Part shown: piece by piece, positions 26,567 to 39,389 of the stretch | Numbering within the stretch: position 1 is the stretch's first letter | Layout: every line of letters begins with the position of its first letter | Assembly (NCBI GenBank): GCA_973895155.1 | Contig: OZ316894.1 | Coordinates: 8,146,234-8,210,233, forward strand | Source of the DNA: Marsupella aquatica | Lineage: Eukaryota; Plantae; Marchantiophyta | Length of the DNA: 64,000 bases | Direction of reading: 5' to 3' | The notes under the pieces: model-generated | Database searches by the model: none | Seen by the model: only the letters and a program-made list of their open reading frames with translations | Told to the model about the DNA's origin: nothing | Program-made: the position numbers and the translations under genes

Positions 26567-27511
26567 CGGGAGCAAATGTAGGGTCTTCGTCCGCAAAGAG
26601 GGTTTACAAAGGGGAGGGGAGGTGGAGCGAATGAGGCGACTCATTGAGAGGGGCGATCGATAGTCGATCAATCAAGGAGGGAACGAAGGTTTATGGAGAA
26701 ACAATGGGATTCTTAGTGTGCAGTGAGTCGGGCTCTCTGTGATTTCAGGGAGGAGGAAGGGTTTGACACCACACTTGAAGCGACCTGACCACATTCAATC
26801 GGGTGCTGGGTGCGTTTGCGAGTGCTCCCTGAAGGCATTGCGGGGGCATTGCGGGAAATTATAGGGTCGGACGCCAAGTTCGTGGTGCGGGGGTCGGTCT
26901 TCCTCCATTAGCTTTGTAAGTCTTTACCTCTTTGCCTTGCATAGCATTGGGAGATGAGAGGAGAGGAAGTGCTTCTTGCTCTTGCGGTCGAAGACTCTCT
27001 GTGATTGAAGGGAGGAGGAAGGGTTTAGGGCCACACTTGAAGCGCAACGTGACCACATTCACCCAGGTGCTAAGTGCGTCCATCTTCCGCCATTTGCTTG
27101 TTGGGTTGTTCTTCGGTCAAGAGGAGAACAAGCTAGAACAAAAACACGCTGCGACATTGGAGCGGGCGACATTGGAAGTGCCGGGTTTAGGGTGTCAACT
27201 TGTTTTCAAGACCGCTGATCTCTGGTGTGGTGTTGGGTGCGGCTGGTGTTCAAGCAAAGGTGAGAGGTCCCGTGCGACGCACTGTGGTGCTTCATTGTGC
27301 TCTGTTTGTACTCTGTTTGTTCATCTTAACTCTGGAAAATTAATGACAGCAAAAACTATGGTTCATATATAGAAGGTTGTCCCTATTCGAGACCTCTCTT
27401 GCTGAATTCTCACCTCACTCTCTCTCGCCCTCTCTCTCGGTCTCGCTCTTCCATCGTGTCTTGCTCTTCCATTGTGTCCACTCTCTGTTGCAAATTTCTC
27501 TCTCTCGCGAT

Positions 27512-28488
27512 CCTCAAGTACGTGTCATCATCTCTCCCTCTCTTATGCATGCCCATCACTATAGCAATCTCATGTCGGGGTCAGCGTCGAACTTGGATTT
27601 CACTATGGAAATGTAGATGGGATCACAGTATATTGTTGGCACTTTCATTCTGCTTCGGCTTGAATTGCTCTAATCTTATACACTAGTATTCTAGTGTGCA
27701 GAAGTGTTGTGCAGAACTAAGGTGGGGTGCGGGGGGTTTTTCTTTGCCTTTGCTGAGCTGTGATTTCAACTCAACGGTCCTGTCCTTAGTCGCTTAGTGC
27801 TTATTTGTGTCTTGCAACAACTTTTCAGACCTGCGCGCCTGCAATGCTTGTACTTTCAGAATTGCAGACTTTAGAGTATACTCTTGTACTGTCAATGACT
27901 AAATTAGAAGTTATTACGCGCGCCTACATGCTTCACTTGTGTCTTTGGAGGCTTTCGGATTAGAGGTTGCACAAAGCATGGATGTCATAGCCCTAAACTT
28001 CAAATTTTCCTGCATGCAATTCTACCTCTACATTCATGTTTCGGCAACAGGAAGAACGCAAAGGGAGCAGGTCACTCTTCCATTGACTACTTTGCCACTG
28101 TATGTATTCAATGTACAGGACATTAGTCAAATGTGATACTCTATAATGTACTCCTCCACGAACAACTAATGAGCCACAGAACTGATGAGCCACACTCTGT
28201 CTGTGGCACTTGCAGATCATTTTTCCACCCGTTCGAGAGCTTTCTCTGTTGCCAAGCTAGGCACAAAGAAATCATTCCAGGGTTTTGTCAACTCCTGAGG
28301 TCTGTAATCACTCAGAGCCCTCTACATTGTCATTGCTTTGTCTTCACTGGTGGTCTCAGGGTCGAGCGTTTGTGCTGCTTATCCTCAAGTATGTACAGAA
28401 ATCTCTCCCTCTCTTATGCATGCCCATCACTATAGCAATCTCAGGTCGGGGCCAGGGTCAAGCCAGGATTTCACTATGGAAGTGTAGA
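27512..28488. repeat. Dispersed direct repeat of about 105 bp in the CACTA left arm (27512-27617 and 28382-28488)
   Basis: Shared tcctcaagta..atctctccctctcttatgcatgcccatcactatagcaatctca..ggatttcactatggaa.tgtaga. Confidence 0.75.
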
Positions 28489-28897
28489 CTAGATTTGGGT
28501 TATTTGATTGGATTTTATGTATGGGGTGTCGATTGTATTCTACTGGCCTTCTTGCTGTGCTGAGCAATGTCCTGTTGTGGACTTTTGAATTCTTCTACTG
28601 GTTCCCCTTATTTTTGTGGCCCCCAAAATTTATAAAAATTAATGTGTGAAAATGCTAGCCCAACAATTGCCCACCTTTAATGGCAGAAATCGTTCAGTAA
28701 TTGCCTGTGTACAATCTCAGAGTCCTAAACTTAAAATTTCCTCCATGCACACAACCCGTCTTGAATTTAGAACTTGAAATTACAGTTTCTCAAATCTTTG
28801 GTATTAATTCATAGTTTTAGTTTCTCATTCTTTGCATGCTTCACTACGTCACTGACTCTAGCCATATATTGTGTTGTTTTCTATCGGGGTAGAAGTC

Positions 28898-29620
28898 ATG
28901 GCTCGTCCAAAACGGTCAGCACACAGAGGCGGATCACAGGTGAGGCACGATTCCATGAGTAGACATCATCATTGGTCCAATGCACAAATTCATCAAAAAG
29001 CCGCTCATGTCTGTGCCATTTGTGACGATGGAGGTGACCTGGTCATGTGTGATGGCCCCTGCCTAAGACAATTCCATGTCAATTCCTGGTCCACTTATGC
29101 ACCACAAAATGCATGCCCTGGGGTTGGGCTCCGGGGGGACCATCGGGGTGCTTGGACTTGCTTTGATTGTGCCACTAATATCAGCAAGTGTGCTCAATGT
29201 GGCACAAACGGCACTGTTGAGGGGGATCAACCAGAGCTGCGGAAATGTCCTGACAGGTTTTGTGTTCGTTTTTTTTGTTTGACATGCCTGCCCCATGATA
29301 ACTCCCTTTGCCCACTACATATTTGTCCTGCTTGTGGGGAGCCTGATGATGACTACTGGATAGACATGGTCCATTGTCCCAGATGTCCCATAGCCTGGCA
29401 CCATGAGTGTTTACTAGCCCTTCAGGCAGAAGGGTATGCATGTGACCGCCAAATTTATTCCCACTCTGCACACGGGGTTGATAGGTGGTTTTTGTATTGC
29501 CACCTCCATACGATTGACCCTCATTTGCAGACCCCTGCGAGAGACCACTTGACTTGGCTATTGCTGGATGATACCTCCAGCGCCAGCAACAAAACAAGTG
29601 GATCAGCACCAACAGGCTGA
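28898..29620 (+). CDS. EDM2-like (NSD-type) tandem atypical PHD-finger protein, CACTA cargo, 240 aa
   Basis: VCAICDDGGDLVMCDGPCLRQFH, CPLHICPAC, CPRCPIAWHHECL and C-terminal LYCHLHTIDPHLQTPARDH, matching the PHD region of plant EDM2 as recalled. Confidence 0.85.
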   Translation: MARPKRSAHRGGSQVRHDSMSRHHHWSNAQIHQKAAHVCAICDDGGDLVMCDGPCLRQFHVNSWSTYAPQNACPGVGLRGDHRGAWTCFDCATNISKCAQCGTNGTVEGDQPELRKCPDRFCVRFFCLTCLPHDNSLCPLHICPACGEPDDDYWIDMVHCPRCPIAWHHECLLALQAEGYACDRQIYSHSAHGVDRWFLYCHLHTIDPHLQTPARDHLTWLLLDDTSSASNKTSGSAPTG

Positions 29621-30523
29621 GCTAAATGAATCCAACATTGCACATCTCACATTTTGGACTTTTTAATGAAGTGGGCACCTCACTGCGCTGTCAACCATAG
29701 CTCAGACACACCCCGCTACAGTGAGCTATCGATCGACTTTGTGACTGCATAGTAAATTTGGATCTTGCTTTTTCAGTTCAGCCATACATGGTTCTGTCCT
29801 TATACTTTCGTACACGATGACACCTCCAAAACTAACTAAGTTAACTTATTTTTTGAAGACTGATTAAGTTAATTGCAATTTCAAAGTTAGGGCCTGCACA
29901 AGTATGTCTGTGTTTTTTCCACTTTGAGTGAATCATGTGTATGGCAAGAGACCATAACTGTGAAAGACTAAAGATTCCAAGCAGACTATTGCCTGGAGTA
30001 AAACAACATGCATGCATTGGAGTATGAAAATACATATATAGCTCAAATTATGTATTTGTTTTTGCTCTTAACAAAGGTCATCTTAAGTCGTGTGCCTGAC
30101 CCATACATTTGTACAATTACAGATGTGACTGGAAATTGGGCAGTTGAATGATATCATTCTCAGTCCCCACCACTGTCACGTAAGATACAGGTATTCAAAT
30201 GTGAATTCAGGCTATATGCAGACAAGATAATATAAAGGGCCACATGTATGCTATGTGTATACTGAAGTAGGCTGTCGCTCTACTTTCATCAATGTATTTA
30301 CATGAACACATGGTGAAAATAATTTGACTGAAGAGTATATAGTTTGTCCTATAACTCCGTGCTGGGATTTACTGCATGTATTGACTTTCGATCTTGTCAT
30401 GTGTGCCACAATCAGGGAGCTAGAGTGCACTTTGTGTCATCAGAGAGCATTGGGCTGAAGCATTGAGGGACAGGCAACGCGGGCACTGGTATTTCTCTAT
30501 TGGCTTTTATTACAGGAGGCATC

Positions 30524-31450
30524 ATGCCTTCCAAACGGAAGCGTGAACTTGTCCCCCTTCCAACTTCCCAGTGTGCTCCCATCTTCCAAGGGGTCAGAGT
30601 CTTTTTTGTCCCAGGTATTCAGAGTGCAAGATTGGATATCCTTAGGAGAAAACTCATTGAGTGTCACGGTACAGAGACACAATCTCAACTACAGGACACT
30701 GAAGTCACCCATATTATTGCAGAAACATGGGAACATTGTCTGAGAATGGCATCTTGGTCGGTTTTCTATGACAAAGTCTTCTTGAGGCATGTCAAAATAC
30801 TTTCAGCAGAATGGATGTCTGACTCCCTTAGAAAAGGGAGTGTCCAAGATCCTGATGATTACAATTTGTTTGAGAGCAAGTACAATAGCGTCCAAATGAT
30901 GAAAGACAATCAAGATTGGCACAAGGCTCGTAGAATTGCAGGGAGAGGTGGGAGTAGGGTTCCGTCTATTGACCAGATCACAAAAGTATACAACAACATT
31001 ATCCCATATGAGACAGAACCCATCCCAGACCGTACCATGTTCAGAGGTGTGAGGGCTGTTATACTTGACAAGTCTATCGAGCCATATAGGGTCTGTCGTT
31101 TCAAGAGGGAGATCAGTAGAAGAGGTGGTACAGTGATTGAGAAGCTCACTAATGAGACCACCCATCTCATTGCTCATTCATATTCTAAGGCATGCCGAGA
31201 GTATGGAAAGTCCACAGTACGATGGCTCATCACACATGGGCTGCGTGTGGTCTGCCCTGAATGGGTCAGGCAGTCACTTTCAACAAATATGCGATTAGAT
31301 GAGCATAAATATGATTTATATGAAATATGGCCAGCAAAGCCATTCATTCCCTATGACGACCCAGAATATGTTACTTCTGAGTTCCAGACCACGGATGAAG
31401 AGTTTTCTGATAGTGCGTATGATTCTGTTAGCCCTAATGATTATGAATAA
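30524..31450 (+). CDS. Tandem BRCT-domain protein (DNA polymerase lambda-type BRCT), CACTA cargo, 308 aa
   Basis: NLS-like MPSKRKR. Repeat 1: IFQGVRVFF..VTHIIA..EWMSDSLRKG..DDYNL. Repeat 2: MFRGVRAVI..GGTV..TTHLIA..EWVRQSL..KYDL. Acidic tail. Confidence 0.85.
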   Translation: MPSKRKRELVPLPTSQCAPIFQGVRVFFVPGIQSARLDILRRKLIECHGTETQSQLQDTEVTHIIAETWEHCLRMASWSVFYDKVFLRHVKILSAEWMSDSLRKGSVQDPDDYNLFESKYNSVQMMKDNQDWHKARRIAGRGGSRVPSIDQITKVYNNIIPYETEPIPDRTMFRGVRAVILDKSIEPYRVCRFKREISRRGGTVIEKLTNETTHLIAHSYSKACREYGKSTVRWLITHGLRVVCPEWVRQSLSTNMRLDEHKYDLYEIWPAKPFIPYDDPEYVTSEFQTTDEEFSDSAYDSVSPNDYE

Positions 31451-31858
31451 GGTCTCAACTGTCTGTATGCTAGACGGTTACATTTTTGAAATAAACTTTT
31501 GTGTGTTATTTTTTGTCTACAAGACATTACTCCTTTTCATCCTCCAAATGTCTTGGTTTTGCATGTGGAGATGTATGGCAGTGTATGATGTACGTTGTAC
31601 CATTGACTGGTCAACGACCAAGCACTTCACTGATTATAGCAAGTCTGTTATGATGTTGCTGCCTGCAGTGAGCAGATGATACGTGAGCAGGTCGGGCGCC
31701 AGCATAGAGCGGACTTGATAGTGAGTGTGTTTAGCGTCTATGATATTTCCTTCATGAAACTTGCATGTGTCCCCTCCATGTACTTAGAATATGCAATTGT
31801 ATAAGCCTGTCTAGTGCAAAGGGTACATAGCCAAGGGGTGCCTACGACAGCTGAAGGT

Positions 31859-34800
31859 ATGGATCAGGCAAATGAGGATGGACAGTTGGGGCAAAGGAAT
31901 CAGAGACATACCAATGAAGTGCGACTCCCTTTGCATCACCCACTGAGGATTACACGTCATGACTCCAAGTTGTGGAATAGAGAGGTGCTTAGAGCAAGTC
32001 GGGGCAGAAATGCCCGGATGAGATGCCCCTGCATGCAATGTCGAGGATACCACTCGATGACCCTGAACCAAGTGCATTCTCATCTTCAAAGGCATGGAAG
32101 ACATCCAATCCGCAGGGTGTGGAATGTGCCAGAGGAAGAGGATTCATCGGATGATGAATGGAGAGCAGATTTTGAAAATGTGAATACAGCAAGACGCTCT
32201 GCATTCTTTCATAACGTCACTGGTCATGCAGGCAACAATGCCGAAGATGAGTATGTTCCACAGGGAGGTCCCGAGACTTCTAATGAGGACGGGGCAGATG
32301 TTCCTAGGATGGTTTCCGACATTTTTCAAGACCTGGATGCACTTTATGAAGATGCAGAGGCACAGGGGGACGAAGAACCAGACATGCATGGTGCAGATCC
32401 ATCGGACCAAGAAGAGTTTGACATTGGAGAAGGAGCTGGAGATGATGGTCAATTCTTGGGAACTGGGGCCTACTTGGAGGAAGCTATGTCCCCATTGTAT
32501 GGTGGTGCAAATTGCTCCAAACTAGGGTTCATAGTGATGTTCCTCAATATATGTGGATGTCACCGTGTGCCCAACATATGTGTAATAGAGTTGTTGATGT
32601 TCCTACAGAGGACAGTACTACCCGCTGGAAACATTGCTCCTAAGAACATGTATGAGGCAAAGAAGGTGATCATGAGCAAACTTGGTTTGAATTATGTGTC
32701 CATCCATGCATGCCCAGATAGCCATGTACTTTTCAGAAAAGAATATGCTGATTGCCTATCCTGCCCTATCTGCGGAAAGCACAGATATAAGAACGTGGGG
32801 AAGTCAACTCAACCTGCTAAGGTCCTACGGCATTTCCCTCTCATTCCAAGATTGCAGCGCCTCTATAGGTGTCCATCCATTTCTAAGATGATGACTTGGA
32901 CCTCTGATCAGAAGAGTACAGATGGTTTGCAACGTCACGTTGGAGATTCCAACCACTGGAAGTACATAGATGAGAAGTGGCCAGACTTTGCAGCAGAGAG
33001 CAGAAATGTGAGGTTTGGTCTAAGCCTTGACGGTGCTAATCCTTTTGGAGACAAGAACAACGTGTATTCTTGCTGGCCAGTGACTTTGATAAATTAGAAT
33101 CTCCCGCCTTGGATATCCACCAAGCGTTTTTTTGTGATCTTGTGTCTTATGATTCCCGGCCCAAACTCTGCTATAAGTGCAAACATAGATGTTTGGTTGG
33201 CCCCTGCGGTGGAGGAATGGGTTACTCTATGGACACATGGAGTTATGACAGTTGATGCACTTTGTGGACCTGGTAGACCGAGGACATTCAACCTACGTGC
33301 AATGTGTGTTAATTCAATAGCAGACTACCCTGGACATAGCATGATATCTGGGCAGGTAGGGAAGGGATATCTGGGTTGCACACGATGTGGCCCAGATGTT
33401 ACATCTGAACGGTCCGTTTCCTTGGGCAGTATCAAATTCCAGGGCCACAGGCGATATCTTCCTGCCGACCACCCTTTCAAGCACAGGCAATCCCACATAG
33501 CCCACTTCAACAACCAGAGGGAGCTTCGAGAGTCTCCTGTGTTGGTTAGTAGAGACCAACTTCTGCAGTGGGGACTGAACAAGGTGTCTTATGATGAATA
33601 TGGTGCTTGTAGAGACGTGCCAGATGACCCAGCAAAGACTCATGGCATCAAAAGGCAGACAATGATGGACACATCATTGGAGTATTGGAAGGTAACATTT
33701 GCATATTCACTTGTACTCAGTGAACCTCTTCAGATCCTATGCACAACAGTTTTTAGTTCTTGTGTCTGAACCTAATTGTGGCAATCATGCGTACTTCATG
33801 GGTGCAGGATTTTGAGCCAAGCAAACATAACATTGATGTTATGCACATTGAGAAGAATGTATGCGAAAGTCTTTTGAAGTTTCTATCGGGGGACAACGAT
33901 ACTGCAGAAATACGAAAGGACCTTCAGGAGAAGGGCATTCGTCCTCAACTTTGGCTGCAAGAATCCCAGAATAGGCCGGGTGTGGTTTTCAAGTACCAAG
34001 CTCCATATGTTTGCACCCAGAATGAGTGGAACACAATTTTGTCTAGGCTGAGTTCGTTCAGAGTACCCTCTGGGTACGCTGGAGCCTTTGCAAAGCATAT
34101 AAGGAAGAAGAAGTTGGGAAGCATGAAAACTCATGACTTCCATGTTATGATGCAAGACATTCTACCAGTATGTCTGAGGGGATTGATGCAAAAACCAGTT
34201 CGCAATGTCATTTTGAGACTGTGTCAGATCTTTCGTCGTATTTGTGTGAAGGTGTGGGACCCTACAACATTTCCTCAGTTAAAGGCAGATACTGTGCGTG
34301 TGCTTTGTGACTTGGAGATTTATTTCCTGCCAGCATTTTTTGATGTCATGACTCATTTGATCATCCATGCGGTTGAAGATCTGGGCCACTACGGCCCAGT
34401 GAGTACAAGGTGGATGTATCCAATGGAACGGTACATGAAGTTGCTAAAAGGCCATGTACGTACTTATTACAGACCTGAAGCAAGCATGGCTCTCGGTTAC
34501 ATTCAAGAAGAGACCTTGGGGTTCCTTACAGAGTACATGGCTGGTGTAGACAGTGTTAGGAGCAGGGTGTGGGATGCTGAGGAAGAAGAGGGGGTGGCTG
34601 GAGAGGTTCTTCAAGGCGCTTTTACTTCCTTGCAATTGTCTGTAGAAGTTCGTGATGCAGCACACTTATATGTCTTACACAATACAGTCATGATGCAACC
34701 TTGGTGGCAGTGAGTACTCATGTTTCCGCACCCTCCTTGCATTCCTTCTTTATTCATATCCATTTTGGTAGGATATGTACATTGTATTGAGAAATTGTTC

Positions 34801-35574
34801 TCATTGTCATCATGCAGGGAATACAATGTGCAGAAGGCCGCCCAATTAGGGTTAAATCACCAGGCATTCCCTACTTTTCCTGAGTGGATCAGGACAACAA
34901 TTCGAGAGCATAGCAGGCAGAACCCAAACATGGATAGAGATGTTCTCCTCTTGTCTGTGCCTCCCAGACGTATTGTACAGCGGTATAAACGGATGAAAGC
35001 ATATGGGAATCAGTACCGTGTGCATGATGATGAGGACAAGCATTTAGTGACATATAATTTGGGGGTAATATCTGTGTTTGAGCATATAGATGCTCAGAGC
35101 AACAGGGGCTGGATGGAGATGGGATATGTTGGGGAGTTGGCAGACATCTGGGCACTGAATTATGGGAACACATCACAACAAATCTTCCTAATGAAAGGTT
35201 CATGGGTGAAGCCAGATTGGCATGGGCCAAGAGCGACCATGAAACGGGATATGGATGGCTTTCTAATGGTCAATTTTAACCAAAGACTGGCAGAATGGAT
35301 GGAGCCTTTTGTGTTCCCAAGTCAAGTGGAGCAAGTATTTTTTTTAGATGTGGAGGAGTCTCGTGGTTGGCGTGTAGTCTGCCATAGCTCACCTAGAGTT
35401 CGAAGGATGGAGGGTACTAAAATAGAGTTCAGTTTGGATGCACATGGGGCCTTTGAACAGCCGGCAGTAGACGTTGTACATCGGGGCCAGGGGACCAGGG
35501 AGTACATCCCCTTGACAGTGAGACAGACTTATGAGGGAGAGGTTGAAGCTGACATGGACGAAGATGATGAGTAG
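31859..35574 (+). pseudogene. CACTA TnpD/Tnp2-like transposase with one premature stop
   Basis: CPCMQC associated domain, IHACPDSH, RHFPLIPRLQRLY, GLSLDGANPFG, ADYPG, IDVMHIEKNVCESL, MKTHDFH, RWMYPMERYM, EPFVFPSQVEQVFF. Introns 33692-33807 and 34710-34817. In-frame TAG at 33095 (IN*NLPPW). Confidence 0.93.
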
Positions 35575-35872
35575 TTGGATTTGTTTTGTTGTGAGTAGGT
35601 GACTCTTTGAAGTGCAATGAGTAGCAAGTATGAGCAATAAATGGATGACTTGTTTGTGCAACCGCAGTAACTTGGTGAGTAGGATGCCAGACGAAAATGG
35701 CATGTGTGAGTATGAGAAGCAGGCTGTGAAACATCGAGCATGGGTTCGCCAATGTGCCGCAGCCCTGTTGGGTGATGTGCAAGAGGCTATTTCGGATATG
35801 TAAGGGACTGTGCATAGTATGAGCTGTATGTGTATCTCGTTGTGTGCGTCTGTTCATTGTGTAGCTTCTGTA

Positions 35873-38800
35873 ATGGACTACTACATACATAACCTGTGTC
35901 GAATTTCATGTGGGTGTTGCAGTAACAAAAGTATCCCAACACTGTCGAAGCGGAGTCAGTGTAGACGGAAGACCTTCTGTAATCCTGACGGACCTAGGCG
36001 ACGCAGTGAGAGGTTGACTTCAAAGACCCCTATTTCAATGGCTGAATCTCCTGATAAGAATGAGGTAGAGGATTGCATGCCTGATGTTGGTGATACAGAA
36101 TATGATCCTGACCAAGATCCGAATGCAAGTGCTAGCATGTCAGAGGATGATGACATGCCAAATCCTACCCCTCCACCAAAGCCTGCTTGCAGTAAGGCAA
36201 CTGGGGGAACTTCTATGAGATCTCGACCGACGCCCTCTGTATACTCAGCCCAAGCCCCAAGCAACAGCAATTGCAATAACCCCCAATTTAATGCCCCCAA
36301 CTATAACTGGCCGCAAGCACGACAGGGGGGCAATAACTATGGCGGGTCTATGGGTGTAGGCCCTTCTGCCAGCTATATGGGTTGGCCAAGTAAGTGTGAA
36401 CATTTTAATTTGTTTCATGTGGACAAGTGTATTTTGAGCTCAAATTGGCTGATTGTGTTCCTCAATAGATGTGGGTCTGAGTATGACAATTTGCCTGGTC
36501 TGATGTGAATGGCAGACCCAATGTGGGACCGTATGCAGCCCACAAATATGTATGAAGGAGGGTCAATGGGGCCATCGGGGCAATTCATGGGAGGTCCTCT
36601 CCCAATGGCGGCAGGATGGCAAGGTTATGGTGGGTATGGTGGGAACCCAGCACCAGCACCAGCACCTTCAGTCCAACCGACACAGAGTCTACGGAGGGGA
36701 GGAGGTATTTTCTACAGCAGTTCTAAGTAAAGTATTGAAATCAGGTAGTTCACAGAGACCATATGATATTAATGGTGTTAATTGCGTTTCTCTTTTCAGA
36801 TAACCCTATCACACCCCGCTCAGGCCATGGGAGAGCAACTCCTGGATTTGCAACACCAAGTAGTGCGTCAGGGAGCACTGGGAGAGGTGAGAATGTGAAG
36901 CTGGGTACTGTTGAAGTTGATGATGAAGGCCGGATCACAACGATGAGTGCTGGAAAGAATAGATGGCACAATGACTTGCGAATGGAGTGTCTACGGTGGT
37001 TGGACATTAGCTGTACTAACTTTAATTGTCAACATCCATCTGACTGGGAACTGGTTTGCAAATATATGCGAGACAAGTGGGAATATTTGGGGAATTCTGG
37101 GAAAGGGGTCAGTGCTGATTGTCTTGCAGAGTATGGACGAACTATCATGAAAATAGAGAGGCATCGATTGCACAAAGCATGGATTGCTGATGGCAGTAAA
37201 CCACATGCTGAAGCACCCCCAAGTGTTCATGTAGAACAATGGACTCGACTGAGAGGGACATTCCTGTCTAGGGCAGGACAGGAGAAGTCTGCACAAATGA
37301 TTGCTGCTAGAAATGCAGTGAAGAATCCTACGCTTACAGGGAGGGGAGGACATGCACCAGTAGTAGCCAAATTGGTTGGGTTCCCATGCCATACATATCT
37401 TTATTTACATTTCAATATTTGAGTGGACTGTATGTAGTTGTAGCAGCACGCTACGTTTAGGCAAGATTGACATTGAGAAACGTGTCTTGCAATGTTTATG
37501 TGCTCCAGAAAAAGCTTACTGGAGAGAAACCCACAAAAGAGGAGGTTGTGGCAGAAATCAAAAGGGTAAAGTGTGATGAAGGCAGCATTGGATCTAAACA
37601 GGTAATTTAGGAGCATTATTGATGGACAATCTGTTATACAGTCCTTCTTCAGATGTACAGTACTATCAGCCCTTATGCAATTGTAAAATTGCTGAGAAGA
37701 GCCGTTTGGTTGGTGTATGTGATATATAGCAGGGAGCAGTGTCTACCCTTACAGAGATATCAGACCGGTTGAAGACTGTGGAGAACGCTTGGCCATCAGT
37801 AGAGACTGAGATGAAGAGTCAATTCAAGGACATAGCTAGTCTTCTTCAAAGCCAAGGATCAACCTTAAGGGAAGTACAAGCTGAACTACGTGAGTTGCGG
37901 GCGATGCACATTGCTGGCAGGGTTGAGCACCCAATTGCACATCCATATGAAGAGCCTGCAAATATTGTGGAAGTTGTGCCTACAAAGAAGAGTGGTACGT
38001 GTCATCTGAAATCATGTTTAGTGTAGTGTGACTTTACCTAGGAATTTGAGGTTCATGGATGCAGGATGGTTCAGGTTCAGGTTCTAGACCCTGAAGGTTT
38101 GTTACATTGTGTATCAGGTGATCAGATTGCAGTGGTTGCAGCAGATCCAAAGATCATCGAACCTGGTACAACTGTCATTGAGAGTAAGTAAATGTTGGTT
38201 TGAAGACTCTGTCTGGCCTGTTAATGTGGTTGAGTATCTATGCCATGTACGTTCAATTAGTGCAAACTTGATGGTTTGTTGACAGCTTTAGTGCCTATAT
38301 GCTTAGTTGTAAATGAAGGAATTTGTGGCTGCTATTGAGGTATAGAGCCAGCACAGGAGGAGGTGCGCATACCAAATCCAGCAGGCAGGAAGAGGAGACA
38401 AAACTTAGAGGCTACCAAATTTTCAGATTCACAGGAGAAGCAGAGTGATGACAATGATGTGATTTTCATAGACTCTCAGCCTCCCCCAGGTATTGGAGAT
38501 GAGTTTTCTCAATCCCCACCACTGATGAACATGGGAAAGATGAGGACCAGAAACAGTGGGAAGGAGACTTTGCCTTACAAGGCACCAAAGAAGAAGAGGA
38601 ATAACACTTCTCCAAAAGGGACAGCAGTGAGCATTGTAGCACAGTCTTCTAGGCTAATGGCAACTGATAATTCTGGTGTTTGTGTTGGGCAAGGCATACT
38701 TCAAATTGAAGCAAGTACTTTCCATGGAAAGAAGGTACTTGCTGATCATGTTGTGCTGTTGTTGACTGCTGTCAGTAAGCCCAAATATCTTCTACCCTTT

Positions 38801-38890
38801 CCAAACAAGGGAGATGATCCGCCACACATCCATCTTGTGGATGCTGTGGAATCATTTGTGATGTGGCCTGAGAAATTTGTAGAGTGTTAG
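35873..38890 (+). CDS. CACTA second gene (TnpA-like; Ptta/En/Spm-type and Tnp1-like domains), multi-exon, boundaries approximate
   Basis: Low-complexity N-terminus; R(H)RLHK..PPSVHVEQWTRL..KSAQMIAARNAVKNPTLTGRGG (36800-37375); coiled coil (37739); C-terminal FHGKKV..LPFP..VESFVMWP. Confidence 0.7.
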
Positions 38891-39389
38891 GTACCAAATA
38901 CAATTTGAGACTCAAAATGTGAAGGATTGTTTCAATATATGACCACAATTTGGAGTACATGATGTTGGGTAATACTCTTTTTTTTATGGATTGCTCATAT
39001 TTTGAGTTATTATCGTGCCATTGTTAGTTGGATTGGTGCTTTTGTGACATTAATGACTCAGTCTCGACTATGAATGACAGCATTGTCTACGGAAACTAGT
39101 GCGGTCAATTGAGTGTTATCAATCACTCACGGAAAACCCCATATGACTCGAACTAAGTCATTCTAAACACTTATGTTTGACTGATGTATGGTTCCAAATA
39201 CTTGACCCTCTAGTCACTAAAATGACTAATGACACTAGTCAATAATATGACTAAGTTAATCCAAGTCACCACTTTTATGACTACTAGTTGCAAGAACGAT
39301 GTCAGTGATTTTCAGTCATACATGACCGGTTTTAGTCATAGTTAGTCGTATTTTATGGTAAAAAATAGGGGGTATTTCTACTAGTGAAT

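Larger units (their letters stand above)
26035..39386 (+). mobile_element. Full-length CACTA (En/Spm) DNA transposon, 13,352 bp, with cargo ORFs
   Basis: Perfect 31-bp TIRs CACTAGTAGAAATACCCCCTATTTTTTACCA (26035-26065 and 39356-39386); 3-bp TSD AAT; TGACT/AGTCA-rich subterminal region; TnpD-like and TnpA-like genes. Confidence 0.97.
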
